From: Phycisphaerales bacterium
GTDB lineage: Bacteria; Planctomycetota; Phycisphaerae; UBA1845
Reading direction: 5' to 3'
Length of the DNA stretch: 64,000 nt
Assembly: GCA_003597935.1 (NCBI GenBank)
Contig: QZJT01000039.1
Coordinates: 8,336-72,335 of the forward strand
Shown here: positions 62,207-64,000 of the stretch, in pieces
Layout of the letters: each line of letters begins with the position of its first letter
Numbering within the stretch: position 1 is the stretch's first letter
Program-made: the position numbers and the translations under genes
The notes under the pieces: generated by a model
What the model saw: only the letters and a program-made list of their open reading frames with translations
Told to the model about the DNA's origin: nothing
The model's database searches: none

Positions 62207-63691
62207 GTGGGGAACGAAGCAATCCCTGTGCGCGGAGTCCCGGAGCGGCGGTCGCGATGCCGCCCGGGGGTCCGCGGCAACGTCGGCCTGACCCGGCCAG
62301 CTACCGGAAGTACAACAGGTTCGCCGAACCGGACGCCCCGCGTGCCCGCGTTCCCACGTCGTGTGCGACTCGTACCCGCTTCCCAGCCGGTTCACCCGCG
62401 CCGGCCAAAGTCTGCGGTTCGCTGCCGGCGGTTCACCGCGCTCGCCGGTATAGTGGCGCTCCTGTCAGCGTCGCTCGTCACCGGCTGCGGCGTCGTCCCC
62501 GCCCCCGACGGCGGCACGCCCTCCACGATCGAACCCTTTTCCGGCCTGGACCTCGACGGGGATCCGAACCACGACGAGATCGGCCGCAACGGCGCCTTCG
62601 CCATCGCCGAGCCGGTAGACCTGGTCGCCGACGAACCGTTCCGCGTCTCGGGACGCATCTCCGACGCCGCCGACGTCGACGTCTTTGACATCGGTCCCGT
62701 GCTCGAGGGCGACCGCATCGTCGCCGAAGTGTTCGCCGCCGCCGGTCTGGAGGGCGCCATCGCCATCTTCGACGGCAACGCCGAGTCCCTCCTCGTCAAC
62801 GATTCGCGCAACGTCTATCTGGGCCGCATCGAGCCGTACGTGGACGTAGTGCTGCGGCGACCGTCCGACCATTGCTACCTGGCGGTGTCCGCCACGCCCG
62901 GAAGCGACTCTTTCGGCGACTACGAACTGGTGCTCTTCCGCGCCCCGGGACAGCAGACGCTGCCCCGCCGGCCGCAGGTGGCGCTGCTCAACTTCGACGG
63001 CGTCGATCAGTTGCGCCTCGGCACCCGCACGCCGGTTGCCGTACCGCCGTTCGACGCCGCTTCGCTTTCGTCGCGCTACGCCGGTCAGACGGAGGCGATG
63101 GAGGCCTTCATCGTCGCGGCCGTGCGCCAGGACTACCTCGGCATGAACGTCGTCATCCTCTCCACCAGCGAAGGCGAAGTCGATGACGGCACGATGACGC
63201 GGATCAACTTCGGCACCTATGATCCGGCCCTGCTGGGCGTTGCCGAGGGCGTGGACGAGTTCAACGAACGAGCGGTGCAGGACGCCATCGTTTTCACCGA
63301 CACCTTCACGGTATTCGAGCGGCTGTCGCCGGGCGTCTCCGAGATGGCCCAGGCGCTGGCCAACGTCGCCAGCCACGAACTGGGCCACCTGCTCGGGCTG
63401 GTCCACACCTCCGACGTACGCGACATCATGGACGTGACGGCCGGCCTCGGCGAACTGCTGGCGGATCAGCAGTTCGCCACCGCTCCGCTGGAACAGCAGG
63501 TCTTCCCGCTGGGCCATCAGAACTCGCCGCAGTACCTGTACGACGTCGTAGGCGGCGACCTGGACCTCATCAACCAGGTGGCCGCCATTCACAAGGCGGC
63601 GGTGGTGCGGGCCAGGTCGATCGACGTGCTGGAAGCACGCCGCCAGCGACGCGGGCTGGTGTTCGGCTCCTGCGGCCTGCACCCGCGGTGA
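62207..63691 (+). CDS. Metzincin (matrixin-like) lipoprotein with PPC-like domain
   Basis: Lipobox-like LVTGC, DVDVF (PPC-like), HELGHLLGLVH plus Met-turn DIM. The true start is probably downstream of 62207. Confidence 0.78.
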   Translation: MGNEAIPVRGVPERRSRCRPGVRGNVGLTRPATGSTTGSPNRTPRVPAFPRRVRLVPASQPVHPRRPKSAVRCRRFTALAGIVALLSASLVTGCGVVPAPDGGTPSTIEPFSGLDLDGDPNHDEIGRNGAFAIAEPVDLVADEPFRVSGRISDAADVDVFDIGPVLEGDRIVAEVFAAAGLEGAIAIFDGNAESLLVNDSRNVYLGRIEPYVDVVLRRPSDHCYLAVSATPGSDSFGDYELVLFRAPGQQTLPRRPQVALLNFDGVDQLRLGTRTPVAVPPFDAASLSSRYAGQTEAMEAFIVAAVRQDYLGMNVVILSTSEGEVDDGTMTRINFGTYDPALLGVAEGVDEFNERAVQDAIVFTDTFTVFERLSPGVSEMAQALANVASHELGHLLGLVHTSDVRDIMDVTAGLGELLADQQFATAPLEQQVFPLGHQNSPQYLYDVVGGDLDLINQVAAIHKAAVVRARSIDVLEARRQRRGLVFGSCGLHPR

Positions 63692-63696
63692 TGCGC

Positions 63697-63790
63697 CACC
63701 GCAGATCGGAGGGACCGCAGAGTCCGCGGAGGCCGCAGAGAGCACAGATAAGAGATCCAACCGCAGATGCACGCAGATGACACGGATATG
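63697..63790. repeat. Degenerate 9-bp repeats (CGCAGAnnn)
   Basis: Repeated CCGCAGA/ACGCAGAT/ACAGAT units; a complementary type (ATCTGTG) occurs at about 5151-5177. Confidence 0.55.
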
Positions 63791-64000
63791 AAGGAGGGGC
63801 GTGCCGCGCTGCTGCCGGGGACGGCCGGAATTGACCGGACTTTCGGTCGGACCATACCATCCCGAACCGGGAACTCGGGTCTGGCGGAAGGGGCAAGCCT
63901 GGATGTCAGCAACGAGGGTTTCAAGAGAGCGATCCACCGCGATGACCGCTCAGCAAGGGAATGCGCGACGATGATGAAACGTATCGTAATGCGAGTAGGG

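Overview
GC-rich bacterial window, probably from a planctomycete (Phycisphaerae-like). That assignment is inferred from gene content and repeat types, not shown directly. The recognisable genes are a Rieske/cytochrome b6-subunit IV/multiheme cytochrome c operon, guaA, nadD, glnA, tyrS, amrS, a NotI-family type II restriction-modification pair, two dynamin-like GTPases, transporters and peptidases. These are interspersed with many secreted Cys-rich proteins and with REP/MITE-like and short tandem repeats. The most notable signal is a family of secreted proteins whose mostly unrelated N-terminal passenger regions end in one of two small basic C-terminal modules. CTD-A (8 Cys, about 60 aa) occurs in six clear copies, and CTD-B (about 75 aa) occurs in four copies. 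One passenger type occurs with either module, which suggests a modular surface-anchoring or sorting system that I do not recognise. A (TG)11 microsatellite frameshifts the signal peptide of a large beta-helix protein, a candidate phase-variation switch. I found no rRNA, tRNA, CRISPR array, transposase or integrase. All calls come from reading the sequence; no database searches were run.
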